From assembly GCA_965644315.1 (NCBI GenBank), contig CBFFRQ010000031.1, positions 62,001 through 126,000 of the forward strand: DNA of 64,000 bases, in the 5' to 3' direction. Every line of letters begins with the position of its first letter. The first letter of the stretch is position 1. The translations under genes were made by a program, and so were the position numbers. This DNA is from Caecitellus pseudoparvulus. Taxonomy: Eukaryota; Protista; Bigyra: Bicosoecida. Positions 42,178 through 53,118 of this stretch are shown here, in pieces. The notes beneath the pieces are model-generated. The model was given only the letters and a program-made list of their open reading frames with translations. It made no database searches and was not told the DNA's origin.

Positions 42178-43143
42178 TCAGCATGGCGCTGAGCCCGCTG
42201 CCTCCACCGACACCTCCAACGCAGGCGACACAGCGTCCAAGCCAGCCAGCACCAGCGCCTCTTCGATGGAGGCAGCTGAACGCGATGCCTGGTAGGCAGC
42301 AGCTGCTGCGCAAGCTGCGCGTTGCAGTGGTGTCTCTTCTTCATCGAGGGCCTGGCGAGTCACGATGATGAGGCGCAGCCGACGCGCCACAGCCTGCTGG
42401 GCCCAAGCGTTGGACACTTCGTACACCTGCATGGCCAAGCCAGCGCCGCAGCGACGCTCAAGCAGCTGCAGGAGCTTGTCTGCAGCAGGACGACCAGGGT
42501 CCACGATGATGGCGCAGGCCCCTGGAGACATGAGGCCGATCACGGCGTCTGCAAGGTGTGGCACGTGGCCCGCGGCGTAGCACACGTCCGAGCCCAGCAC
42601 CAGGTCCACTTGCTCAGTCGCAGCCAGCGCTGGACCATCTGCCCAGTCCAACACTTGATATGATACAGGGGGGTGTATCGATCCCTGAGTGCAGCTGTAG
42701 TGGGCAGCCGTGGCTGCGTCACTGACAACGTCCGACGCAACGGACACGGCGCCACATGCGGCTGCGACCACTGCAGGCAGCGCACAGCCAGCTCCCACTT
42801 CGTGCACGGACACGCCCTTGAGGGCAGTGTGCATGTGCAGCAGCAGCTCACAGAGGAAAACATTGCTCACCCACACGTGCGCCCAGAGTGCCATGGACAC
42901 AGCAGAGGCATGGGAATACTCGCTGCTTGCAGATGAAGCGCTGGAGCCAGGCCGGGCCACATCGGCGTCGGCAGCGACAGCCTCAGCAGCGCCTAGGCGC
43001 CCGACATCAAAGTAGTGCGGGTCAAGAATGCATCCGAATGTGAATGTCTTGCTCTTGTGCTCCTCCTCTGAGCCCGCCCTTGGAGCGGTCAAAGTCAGGG
43101 AAAAGCAGCCCAGCTCCGGGGCTGCGGAAATTGCCTGGGCCAT
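42178..43143 (-). CDS. Seven-beta-strand protein methyltransferase (Methyltransf_16, METTL21/23-like); start uncertain
   Basis: Motifs LWAHVW...FLCELL, VHEVGAGCALP, LDW and DLVLGSDVCY. Confidence 0.8.
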   Translation of the reverse strand: MAQAISAAPELGCFSLTLTAPRAGSEEEHKSKTFTFGCILDPHYFDVGRLGAAEAVAADADVARPGSSASSASSEYSHASAVSMALWAHVWVSNVFLCELLLHMHTALKGVSVHEVGAGCALPAVVAAACGAVSVASDVVSDAATAAHYSCTQGSIHPPVSYQVLDWADGPALAATEQVDLVLGSDVCYAAGHVPHLADAVIGLMSPGACAIIVDPGRPAADKLLQLLERRCGAGLAMQVYEVSNAWAQQAVARRLRLIIVTRQALDEEETPLQRAACAAAAAYQASRSAASIEEALVLAGLDAVSPALEVSVEAAGSAPC

Positions 43144-43272
43144 GAAGGCTGCAAGGTTGGCACGCTGCCCAGCCAGCAGTGGTGCCAGGAGGCCACAGCC
43201 AGGGTGGAGGCTTGGTGGCTCCCAGATGTTGGGAAAGTGTGCCGGGCGCGATGCATTGCCTCGCTGTCGGCC

Positions 43273-44936
43273 CTACTCCAGGGCACTCATAGGGCGGTCA
43301 TGCTTCATGCCCTTGCGATAGTCAAGCCAGCAGCGCTTGACCACCAGCTCAATCTTCTCCAGAGCCGTGTCCAGCACCTCACGTGTATGCCCAGCAGAGA
43401 TGCAGAAGCGCACGCGGGACTTGAGAAGGGGTGTGGCCGGGAAGCCCACAACAACGACAGCCACACCCAGCGCCATCAACGCCCGTGACATGGCCACGTT
43501 CTTGCACGGGTCAAAGAGCATGACAGGGATGACAGGGGAGTCTGTGTGCCCATACACGTCACAGCCCATGTCGATCAAGCGCTTGCGGAAGTAGTTGGCG
43601 TTGTCCTTGATGGCCTGCAGCTTGGCCGCGCCCAGCCCCGAGCCATCCCGCCCCGAGATGATGTCGAAGGAGCGCAGCACCTGAGCAGTCACGCTGGGCG
43701 CCATGGCGGGCGTGTACACGCTGCCACTGGCGTTGTGGCGCAGGTAGTCGATGAACTCCTTGCTGGCGGCGATGTACCCCCCCATGGCGCCGAAGCTCTT
43801 GGTGAAGGTGCCCATCATGACGTCCACATCCCCCGGGTCCACGCCGAAGTGCTCACACACGCCGCGGCCGGTCTTGCCCACGGCGCCGATGCTGTGGGCC
43901 TCGTCCAGGTAGATGTACGCCTTGTACTTCTTGGCGACGCTGACGATGGCGGGGAGGTTCACCATCTCCCCCTCCATGCTGTACACGCCCTCCACCACCA
44001 CTACAATCTTCTTCCACGGGCGGCGAGTGCGGGGCTGGCCGTCCACCAGGGCTGTGCGCAAGATGCCCTCCAGGGTCTTGATGTCGTTGTGGCCGAAGAC
44101 TCGCACGACGGCCCCGCTGGCGCGAGCCCCGTTCACAATGCTGGTGTGGTTCAGCGCATCCGACACGATCAGGGTGCCTTTGCCCATGAGCGCAGGCAGG
44201 GCCGTCGCGTTGGTGCCGTAGCCCATGTTGAAGACGATGGCATCAGGCTTCCCCACGAACTCAGCCACGGTCCGCTCCAGGCGGCGGTGCAGGGTCGTGT
44301 AGGCACCCTCAGCAATGGATGCCGCCATGCCCACTCCGAAGCGGTCCACGGTGCTCACGACGGCGTCTCGGCAGGTGGCTCGCCAATCGTCAGCGAAACC
44401 AAGGTAGTTATAGCTGCCAAGATTGATGCAGGGGCGGGACTTGCCACTTGGCCTGCGCCTCGTGCGGGAGGAGCGACTGTGCGCTGGGGCAAACTCGCAC
44501 CATTCCCAGCTTCACGCACCTCAGCGAAAAGTTCCCATCATAGCTCACACGCTCAGCAACCTGCATGCGGTTTGCTCCAGGTGGGCCGGTAATGGGGCGG
44601 TTAAAGCAGTCTTGCGCGCGATGGTACATGCGGCGAGTGAAGAAGTTCTCCCAGTCATTCAGCAGAGGTGCGTATCCCTGAGTGCGGAAATAGGCGATCT
44701 GGTGGCTCACAGTAAACCTGTCACCGTGCCGTCCTGTGAGCACCGGCATCGACAGAACATAAAGTTGTCGGCACACCTACCTTCTGGGGTGAAGAGTTGC
44801 CACCCAAGTAGCGTGAGTACCCAGTCGTGCGGGCGAAGAAGTCGCGCATCTGGCCGAAGAGCATCAACACAGAGTACGCGAAGTACGTCGTGAGGGCAGA
44901 GAACCAGGGGATCTCGTCAAAGTCACTGTGTCCCAT
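43273..44936 (-). CDS. LCB2: Serine palmitoyltransferase catalytic subunit LCB2/SPTLC2
   Basis: Three coding exons: TYFAYSVLMLFGQMRDFF; YAPLLNDWENFFTRRMY..DCFNRPI; and SDALNHTSI, EGVYSMEG, DEAHSIG with the PLP-lysine motif GTFTKSFG. Confidence 0.95.
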
Positions 44937-45162
44937 CTTGATGTTGTTGTGGTACTATCTGGAGAGGAGGGCACTCTGCGCAAGGGGAGAGCGGATGTGC
45001 CACGTTCATGCTGTGCTTGGCTGGTGCAGCGGCAGTTTGGGGCAGCACTCAACGTACCTGGAGCGAAAGCCAGAAGATGCGGCTAAGACACGGACGCGAA
45101 GCGCGACAATGGATTGAATGGTGAAAACGATTGTGGTGCGGAAACTGGGCAGGTGCTGTGAG

Positions 45163-47847
45163 CTACCGTGTCCACCGCTGGACCATGGCTGTGAGGTCAA
45201 CGCCACCTACAATGACGTGGGGCACTTCACTGGCACTACCTCGTGCAGGGGGCTCGCCAGGAGGAGGCCCCAGGTGCAACGGAGACCTGGTCATGAAAGA
45301 GCTCTGTGGTCTTTCGCTTTGCGCCCTGGCAAGCTGTAGGGCCGCAGGTGACACCTGCGACGCTGCGCGCCACGAGGCTGAAGACCGCAGGGGCGCCCGC
45401 TGCGAACGGCCATGTGACAGAGCCCAACTCTGCAGGGGTGTCAGGCGGGCAGGGCTCGGTCGAACGTAGCTGGTCGAAGCCGGCACACGCATGCCCGGGC
45501 TTGGCTGGGCATGTGGCGCACGTGAGGCGTTGGCAGCACTGTAGACATGCGCAGGGTTGGACGTGGAGGCCGGCGATGGCGCGAAGGAGACGGCAGGGGC
45601 ATGCTGTGGGCGAGGAGCAGATCGCTGCACTGGTGGCGCGTGCGACCGTGGTGGCCCCAGCGCCTGTTCTCGTGCTTCATGTACCGGCCCTCGGCCAGCC
45701 AGCTCCGCCTGCAGCCGAGCACGGCGCCGCCTGACCTGCTGCAACTGTGCCTGCAGGGCACGCAGTGACTTGTGCCGGTATGCACCCAACAAAGCAGCTT
45801 GGCCCATGTGACGTGGAACTCCCGGCGAATTCTGCATGGAGTGTGCAGCAGGGCCCTCGTGCCCGGCCGGCTGAAGACCGGCTGCACCGTAGTCTGGGGT
45901 GCTGTGGACACGTGACACGCCTGAGCCGGACACCGGAAGCGAGAGTGGTGGCACTGGTGCTGCAGCTGGGTTTCGTTGATGCGTTGAGGGGTCGCCTCCT
46001 GCACGGGTGGGGAAAGTCTGGAACGGCAAGACATCATCCAAGTCACTCCCCGCCCTCCCACTGCCCCCGCCCACATCGCCCACATCACCCACACCGCCTG
46101 CCTCACCGTCCCCCTCCTCGCCACTCCCCGCCCTCCCACTGCCCCCGCCCACATCGCCCACACCACCCGCCTCACCGTCCCCCTCCTCGCCACTCCCCGC
46201 TCTCCCACTGCCCCCGCCCACATCGCCCACACCGCCCGCCTCACCGTCCCCTTCCTCGCCACTCCCCGCTCTCCCACTGCCCCCGCCCACATCGCCCACA
46301 CCCCCCGCCTCACCGTCCCCCTCCTCGCCACTCCCCGCCCTCCCACTGCCCCCGCCCACATCGCCCACGCCGCCCGCCTCACCGTCCCCCTCCTCGCCAC
46401 TCCCCGCCCTCCCACTGCCCCCGCCCACATCGCCCACACCACCCGCCACACCGTCCCCCTCCTCGCCAATCCGATCCCTCCCACTGCCCCCGCCCACATC
46501 GCCCACACCGCCTGCCTCACCGTCCCCCTCCTCGCCACTCCCCGCTCTCCCACTGCCCCCGCCCACATCGCCCACACCGCCTGCCTCACCGTCCCCCTCC
46601 TCGCCACTCCCCGCCCTCCCACTGCCCCCGCCCACATCGCCCACACCGGCCGCAACTCCGTCCTCCTCCTCGCCACTCCCCGCCCTCCCACTGCCCCCGC
46701 CCACATCGCCCACACCCCCCGCCTCACCGGCCCCCACCTCGCCACTCCCCGCCCTCCCACTGCCCCCGCCCACATCGCCCACGCCGCCCGCCTCACCGTC
46801 CCCCTCCTCGCCACTCCCCGCCCTCCCACTGCCCCCCCCCACAACGCCCACACCGCCCGCCTCACCGGCCCCCTCCTCGCCACTCCCCGCCCTCCCACTG
46901 CCCCCGCCCACATCGCCCACACCGCCCGCCTCACCGACCCCCTCCTCGCCACTCCCTTCACCCACCCCCTGACTCTCAGCAGCCTGAGAAGTTTCTGCCT
47001 CCCCCAGCAGTGCCAGAAGACTAGTCCGCTGTGCCTCTGGGGTCAAGTGCAGCAAGGCCGGCTGAGCATATCGGGCTGTCTGAGGGGACTGCACCCATGC
47101 AGCCCGTGCGCTGCGTTGGCCATCCGCCACTGGACCTCCGAAGGCGTCGGCCACAGCCAGCATGCCCTCCACTGCCTGGATGCAGGCACGAGTTGATGCC
47201 TCCACTTCGTGCAGAGCCTGCTGGGGGCTGGACCCGGCAGCTGGAGGCGGGCCTCGCAACAGCACCGGAGCCATGACAGTCGCTATAGCCTCAGGACCCA
47301 TGTGGTTGACCTCCTCTACTGTCGTGACATGGCGAAGGTGGTGCAGCAGGGCGGTCAGCGTCCAGCGAGCTGCTGGCTGCAGCTCTGCCAGAAGCCATGC
47401 CGCCTCCTCCTCGCCAGAGGCACCCTCAACTCCTTTCAGAGGCTCAAAACGGGAGCACGCTTGCGCAGTGCAGGCCAGGGGCACTAGTGGTTCGAGCAGG
47501 GCGAGCGAACGCTTGAAAGCCGACGCCAACACCTCAGGTGTTGCGCAGTGAGCGAGCCGCATGAAGGCGTCACCTTCCCCACCAAGCGCCGCATCCACCA
47601 ATGCCGAGACATCTTCTTGTCTCCCTGACGAACGGTAGATAAACTCGGTCTGCACGCCGCTTTGTCGGTCCTCGAGAAGGCAAAGAAACAACAGGAGCCG
47701 CTCGGCAATCTGACAGGTCAGAGGCGGCTTGGGGGAGTCTTCGACAGGCTCAGGGTTCCCTTGCGCAGTACCACCACCCAGCCTCTCGTCAGTACTTGAG
47801 GAGCTTGACTTTCCTGCTCCTTTTGCCTTGGAGTTGCGGCCACCCAT
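45163..47847 (-). CDS. RhoGAP-domain protein, probably N-myristoylated, with Gly/Glu tandem repeat
   Basis: MGGRNS fits MGxxxS. Arginine finger [30 protein letters not shown] and [17 protein letters not shown]. Confidence 0.82.
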   Translation of the reverse strand: MGGRNSKAKGAGKSSSSSTDERLGGGTAQGNPEPVEDSPKPPLTCQIAERLLLFLCLLEDRQSGVQTEFIYRSSGRQEDVSALVDAALGGEGDAFMRLAHCATPEVLASAFKRSLALLEPLVPLACTAQACSRFEPLKGVEGASGEEEAAWLLAELQPAARWTLTALLHHLRHVTTVEEVNHMGPEAIATVMAPVLLRGPPPAAGSSPQQALHEVEASTRACIQAVEGMLAVADAFGGPVADGQRSARAAWVQSPQTARYAQPALLHLTPEAQRTSLLALLGEAETSQAAESQGVGEGSGEEGVGEAGGVGDVGGGSGRAGSGEEGAGEAGGVGVVGGGSGRAGSGEEGDGEAGGVGDVGGGSGRAGSGEVGAGEAGGVGDVGGGSGRAGSGEEEDGVAAGVGDVGGGSGRAGSGEEGDGEAGGVGDVGGGSGRAGSGEEGDGEAGGVGDVGGGSGRDRIGEEGDGVAGGVGDVGGGSGRAGSGEEGDGEAGGVGDVGGGSGRAGSGEEGDGEAGGVGDVGGGSGRAGSGEEGDGEAGGVGDVGGGSGRAGSGEEGDGEAGGVGDVGGGSGRAGSGEEGDGEAGGVGDVGDVGGGSGRAGSDLDDVLPFQTFPTRAGGDPSTHQRNPAAAPVPPLSLPVSGSGVSRVHSTPDYGAAGLQPAGHEGPAAHSMQNSPGVPRHMGQAALLGAYRHKSLRALQAQLQQVRRRRARLQAELAGRGPVHEAREQALGPPRSHAPPVQRSAPRPQHAPAVSFAPSPASTSNPAHVYSAANASRAPHAQPSPGMRVPASTSYVRPSPARLTPLQSWALSHGRSQRAPLRSSASWRAASQVSPAALQLARAQSERPQSSFMTRSPLHLGPPPGEPPARGSASEVPHVIVGGVDLTAMVQRWTR
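46044..46960 (-). repeat. Coding minisatellite, 13 x 69 bp ([23 protein letters not shown])
   Basis: Anchor at 46044, 46122, then every 69 nt to 46950. One unit has a 9-nt internal duplication. Strong G/C strand asymmetry. Confidence 0.95.
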
Positions 47848-48246
47848 GCCAAGAACCCAAGTCGAAGCGTGTGCGGAAATTGCTTCAAGTACAAGTGATT
47901 CACGTCGGACTGCCAGAGCCGCGACGGAGCAGCTTGAAGAAGCTGGCCAACGCGTGAGAATCAAAGTCACAATACTTGCCTTGAAGGAGCGTCCAAGGCT
48001 GAGCACGCGGTGTCTCGCGTAATTTGAGTCACCGGCTGCAATGCGACGTCACCACGCGCCCGAATTGTGTGGCAGACACGCCATCGTCGCCCTGGCAGGG
48101 CAGAATCTCCGGTCGATGCAGTCAGGCGCGACAAACACCGCAGTGGCTGCCTCAAGAAGCCCCTGCCTCACTTGTGCTGACTGCAGGGAGGGGGCAGTAA
48201 ACATGCATTTTCGCGGGGAAGTCAACGCGCCAAATTTGCGGAATTC

Positions 48247-49106
48247 TCAGGCGGTGCCTCGGGGGGGATACCCAGCCTTCTTAGCGAACGCCAGCCCACC
48301 CTTGAGGATGTCCACGTCGGGTCGGCCAAATGGGGAGTTGGAGACTTCCACAACCTGCACTTTGCCGTCGCTGTTGATGACGAAGAAGCCGCTCTCTGCG
48401 AACACCGTCGGCTCAAACCAATCCATGCCCTCAATCTTGGAGGCACCAATGTGCTCCGTAAGGTACAGCCCCAGCTGCGTCTTCGCCACTTCGGGATCCA
48501 ACCCGTAAGCCACTGGGAGTCCTTCCAGGCCCCAGTCTTCCTTTGCTTTCTGTGCAATGTGAACGCACTCGCGGTGAAGCGCCGTGAGAAGCGCGCAAAC
48601 CCATTCAACGAAAGGCACGCACCTCTGCGCGCTCCTTGGTGTCAGTGCTGACTGCGACAACATCAACACCGATCTCCTTGAAGCCTTCAAGGTTGGGCAG
48701 AACCTTGTTTGCCAGGAATCCCCTGCAAAGAGCAGACCGGTCGGAGATTACAGCAGAGAATCCTCGCGGAAATCGGCAACTACCCGCAGGGGAAAACAGC
48801 GCGCTTGCCGAAAGAATGAAGCAGCAACTCACTTGCAAATAGGACAATGAAGACCTCGGTACACGATGAGAAGGAGCTGTGGACGACAGCAGCGAGCCAA
48901 GGTGAGGAAACTGCGCCACTCCGTAGGACACGGAATTCTGCGCTGCCGCTGACACGTACCCAGTTCTCCCGCGGGCCACTGAGTTTAACCTCCCCACCGC
49001 CAACAAGAGGGAGGGTAAGATCAGGGAAATCGCTTCCACTGGCTATTTGGGCTCGGGCCCAAGTGCGGGCGACTTCACCGGACACGACTGGTGCTGAGGC
49101 TGCCAT
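48247..49106 (-). CDS. AhpC/TSA peroxiredoxin-like (redoxin) protein of bacterial type
   Basis: Four predicted exons giving FPDLTLPLVGGGEV..W-LLLIVYRGLHCPICK..VDVVAVSTD..ERAE..VFAESGFFVIN..SNSPFGRPD..YPPRGTA. Confidence 0.85.
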
Positions 49107-49290
49107 GATGAGTTGAAGCTTAGGAGTGTGACAAAGGGTGCTGATGGCGAGGATGGCGGGTTCGTAAGCAGGCTCTGTATTGACACTGGTGGGAGAAATG
49201 GCCAAAGCCAACCGATGCAGATGGGCGTCAGAGGAGGGGGGGCTACAGGCTGCTCCGTTGGGGGGGTACCTGCCACGGATGCAACCGCGA

Positions 49291-52200
49291 TCAGTAGCCT
49301 CCATCGGCGTAGCCGTCACTCTCCGCAGCAAGCTCTTCCAAGGTGGGTTGCTGCGGCCATGGACCGCATGTCTCTTTGTACTCCTCAGCTGACCCGCCGT
49401 GGGGCGCTGCAGGCCCTGTGTCCCAAGAGTCCTCACTGTCACCCGAGACCTGCGAGTCTGCTGAAGCACTCCTGTGTGTCATGTCATCCATCGCTTCTAC
49501 AGCAGCAGTGAGGGCTCTACGCGCATCTGGTAAGGGCATGCTATCTGCGTGAGCTCGCGAAGCGATCCACGCGTCGTACCGCTTGTGGCCTAGGTCGACT
49601 TGAGTGCCGTTCCCCCGCTCCGACCGACCTTCATTGTCGATGAAGTGCCTCAGTCGCTTCCACAAGCGCCGCAGAGAAACCATGCCCTTCATCGTGATTT
49701 TCGTCCTTGCCCTCGCGTTGTAGCGCAGCACACAAGCTTCTGCAACGAAGTGCTCAGCACATGCCACGGACAGACGTGGCCGATCGACCAGTTCGAGCAC
49801 ATTTTGCTGCAGGCCTTCAGACGCGGCCGCCTGCACCACCTCTGCTAGCACTCCTGCCGCAACCTCGATAAAGGCAGCGCGGTCACGCTCGCTTCCAGTC
49901 AAAGGCCGCACCCGGGCCCGAGGCGCCGTCTTGCTTCTGCGGATGGCCGTTGCTAGCGCCTCGCTAAGGTCTGAGACAGCACGCAGCAAGCTTCGTTGGG
50001 CTCCTTCGTCACACAAGAGGACTGCCGCTGCAGCATCCTGTGTGAGCTTACGCCCTACTCCATGAAGATGTGCAGCAGGGGAATCGGGGCGCTTGGGAGT
50101 GCGTGTCGCCTTGGGTGTGCTTGGCGTGCTCGGGGCGGGAGCAAACTGCACCTGGCCGTCGCCAGCCCCTGCCGCGGCCCGTACACCAGCATGTGCAGGC
50201 TTCTCGTCGCGTGCCAAGACTTGGTCCAGCATGCGCTTTCGCCAGCCATCCCTGCGAGAAGGCTTCACTGTGGGATGCCCTCCTCGCGCTGACGGTGTCG
50301 CAGGCAAGGCCACCGGCGGCGGCTCAGCAGCAGCTGCAGCAGCAAATGCAGTCTCTTCCCGCCGGGGCTTCCCAGCGGGGCGCACAGGAGCTGGGCGCGC
50401 AGCTGGCACCTTGGGTGCTCCGCGGGGCTTTGCCAGCATGGCCTGCTTGAAGGTGTGGGAGCGGATCATGAGGATCTCTTCCCGCGTGATGTCGCAGCGC
50501 TGGCGAAGGAGTGTCTCTGCCAGCACGGAGCCCGCCGCCCCACGCAGTCCGGCCATGTACTTCTCTCGCTCAAACGCGAGCTTCTCCCACACGTTCAGCC
50601 GGGCCCGAACCAGGTGACTGCCGTGGGCCTCTGACACCGTCGCGGCCAAGGCCCGGTCCTCCAGGTGCGGCGGCACTGCGCCCTGTTTGATGGCGGCGGC
50701 GACGAACGCCCGCTTGTCGCGCTGGGGGTCCACGCCTAACGGGCGCCGGCCGGCCCGGCGCTCCTCTTCCCACCGCGCCTCCACCTGTGCAATTCTCTCT
50801 TGCCGCATCATGTTGTACTGTTCCTCTGTGAACTGTGTCATGACCTGGTAGTACCGCATTGAGCGCTGGCGGCTCTCCAGGGACTGCACGTCGGCCGTGG
50901 CACGCGTGCGGATGAGCCCCATGGACTCGCCGAAGCGTAGGGAGGAGGCGCTCTCTGCGCCATCTGCAGGGTGCTGCGAGATGGTCACCAGCAGTCCTGT
51001 GCGGCAATTGCCGCCCAAGGCCGGCTCCAGGGTCTGCGTCAGCACGCTCTCGCCGATGGGGACGTGGGACTGCCCAGTGGACAGCGCGACAACGACGCGG
51101 CCCAGCACGGACAGGCTGGAGTTGATGCCCACCATTTCCTTGAACCGACTCTGGTGGTGAAAGTGCTTCTTGCCTCCAAACGCCGCTGTCGCCTTGTCGG
51201 CGGCCTTCATGTCTCTCAAGACGTCCTTGCTCTCCTTGCCAGACAGACGGATGGGCGCGTCGCCGTGAGCCTTGCCCATGCGCTCCGAACCGGCGAGATC
51301 CGTGAGGTACAGAGTGCTCTCCATCTTTGCACCAGTTGCAACGTTGGTCTGCGTCAGTTTGAATGTGGTGATGCAGTGAGAGCGGCTGCTTTGGTGGTTC
51401 ATGCGCGTCGCACGAGTCGTGCGTGCTTTGTGCCCCTCCAAGATGTACCGCAGCCCCAACTGCAGGGAGGGAACGCCATGCCCGACGAGCACTGTCTTCT
51501 CTTCGTTGTAGATTTCTATCATTTGCAGGTTAATCCTTAGCGTCTGGATGTCCTTGTAGAACTCCTGCCACCTCAGCAGCGTGTACAGAGCTCGGGGAAC
51601 GAGGCCGCAGTCTTCCAGCGGCGGCAGCAAGGAGCCGGGCCCAGCATAGCCCAAACTAACAATGTACGCCTCCAGCGACTCGATGGGCCCCAGCATGCTG
51701 TGTGTCTTTCCGCTTCCCGTCTGCCCATAGCACATCAAGCACGCATTCACGCCTTGGAAGGCAGTGTGCAGGAAGGGCATGGCAAAGCGGCGGAACACCT
51801 CCCGCTGCGACGCGTCGCCGTCAAACACGCCACCACTCGGGAAGGTGAACCTTCGTGGGCCTGTCGTGGGGTTGTGCAGCTTGATCACGCATCCCTCCGT
51901 GTCCACGTCGGTGATGACAGTCGTGATGCCCAGCCGCCTGGCCAGCGCCGAGCCTGAGACCTCATCCCCCTCACCAGAGCCAGCCGCGGCTGGCGCCGAG
52001 GCAGCACTGCTCGCAGACCTTGGACGGGAAGGTGGCGTGCCTGGTGGAGAGCCCCATCCCCGGCGCTGCCGGCGCTTGCTGCCTGGTGTTGCTGCAGCAG
52101 CCTGCGGCGTCCGGCTGGTGCCGCGCCTGAAGCGAGGCTTCGACGTCTCGTTGAGCAAGGAAGCGTACATGCTCATGAGGGTGTCCGCACTGAAGGTCTT

Positions 52201-52943
52201 CACCTTTCCATTTTCGAGCACTTTTAGCTGCTCCAGCTTGAAGGGCCGCGGCCGAACGCCAACAGACACGCTGAAAACACCGGACGACTGCTTCTTGCCT
52301 CTCCCACGCCCAGCTGTCTCCTCTGAGGCAGCCGCCCACTTCTCAAGCTGCGTGTCTCGCTGAACGATTTCAAGGACGACCTCTCGGATCTCTTCCAAGT
52401 TCCCGCTGGGCAGGCTTTGGAGGTGGCCCTGCGACGAGGAGTGGAGCGTGCAAGTGCAGCAACTGAAGCCACATCGCACGAGGCAGGGAGACCGCTTGGA
52501 GGCACACCGACACTGCCCACAGGTTGTATCCCCAGCACAATACACTGGTGATTTGCTGTGCGTGTCCCTGCCACCTGTGAAGCCTCAGATGGCAGCGCGC
52601 TTGTTGCGGCGTGGTGGTGGGAACGTACGAATAATCTCCCGTGGACTTCGGATGAACAGGCAACCCTCAGAAGGCTCTTCCAGGAGGACTCCTGCCCCAG
52701 AATCAGTTGGGCAAACGAGCTGCACACGGCCCCTACGTCCAGGCTGTCGCCAGCGCCAAGAAACCCTTCCCGTACAACAAGGCAGCAAGCCTGTGCGGCG
52801 AGAGCGTCGTACTCCCGGCGACGGTGCTCGTCGAAGTCAGAGGTGGCAGCAGCCATGCCTGCCCTCAGGCGCGGCACAGGATGTTTTCCCTTTCTTCCCT
52901 TTGCACGCAAGCGCTGTTTTCGTCGTTGAGCGCGCGTGGGCAT
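49291..52943 (-). CDS. Divergent kinesin with putative N-terminal F-box-like segment
   Basis: Motifs VRPRP, YGQTGSGKT (about 51703-51729), EIYNE, NHQSSRSH, DLAGSE, INSSL, ALGGNCRT and SSLRFG. A 5' exon from ATG 52943 is inferred to join via the acceptor at 52429; the donor is uncertain. Confidence 0.85.
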
Positions 52944-52967
52944 CACCGTGTCCCCTTCAGCCGACAA

Positions 52968-52978
52968 CAATTTCCGCA
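52968..52978. promoter_or_regulatory. Representative copy of recurrent start-proximal motif TGCGGAAATTG/CAATTTCCGCA
   Basis: The exact 11-mer also occurs at 9182, 18188, 32136, 34481, 43123, 47872 and 59289, mostly close to predicted ATGs. Confidence 0.55.
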
Positions 52979-53118
52979 CATGCACAGCTTGGCAGAGGCG
53001 GGTCGCCAAACGGGCACAATGCACAATCCATGAATGCAGGGCATACTCAGGGGTGAAGTGGGTATTGAATTTGTTGCCAGCCTTCGTGCAAGCAGCCCCT
53101 TTTGAAGGAGGGGCCGGT

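Noticed and set aside
45441-47024. Extensin-like, His/Pro-rich and Trp/Arg-rich ORFs over the 69-bp repeat
   Set aside because: They are alternative frames of a stop-poor minisatellite. Only the minus-strand Gly/Glu frame is continuous with the RhoGAP domain.
48247-49106. Selenoprotein or frameshifted pseudogene
   Set aside because: The active site is CPIC with Cys codons, and the frame changes are explained by canonical introns.
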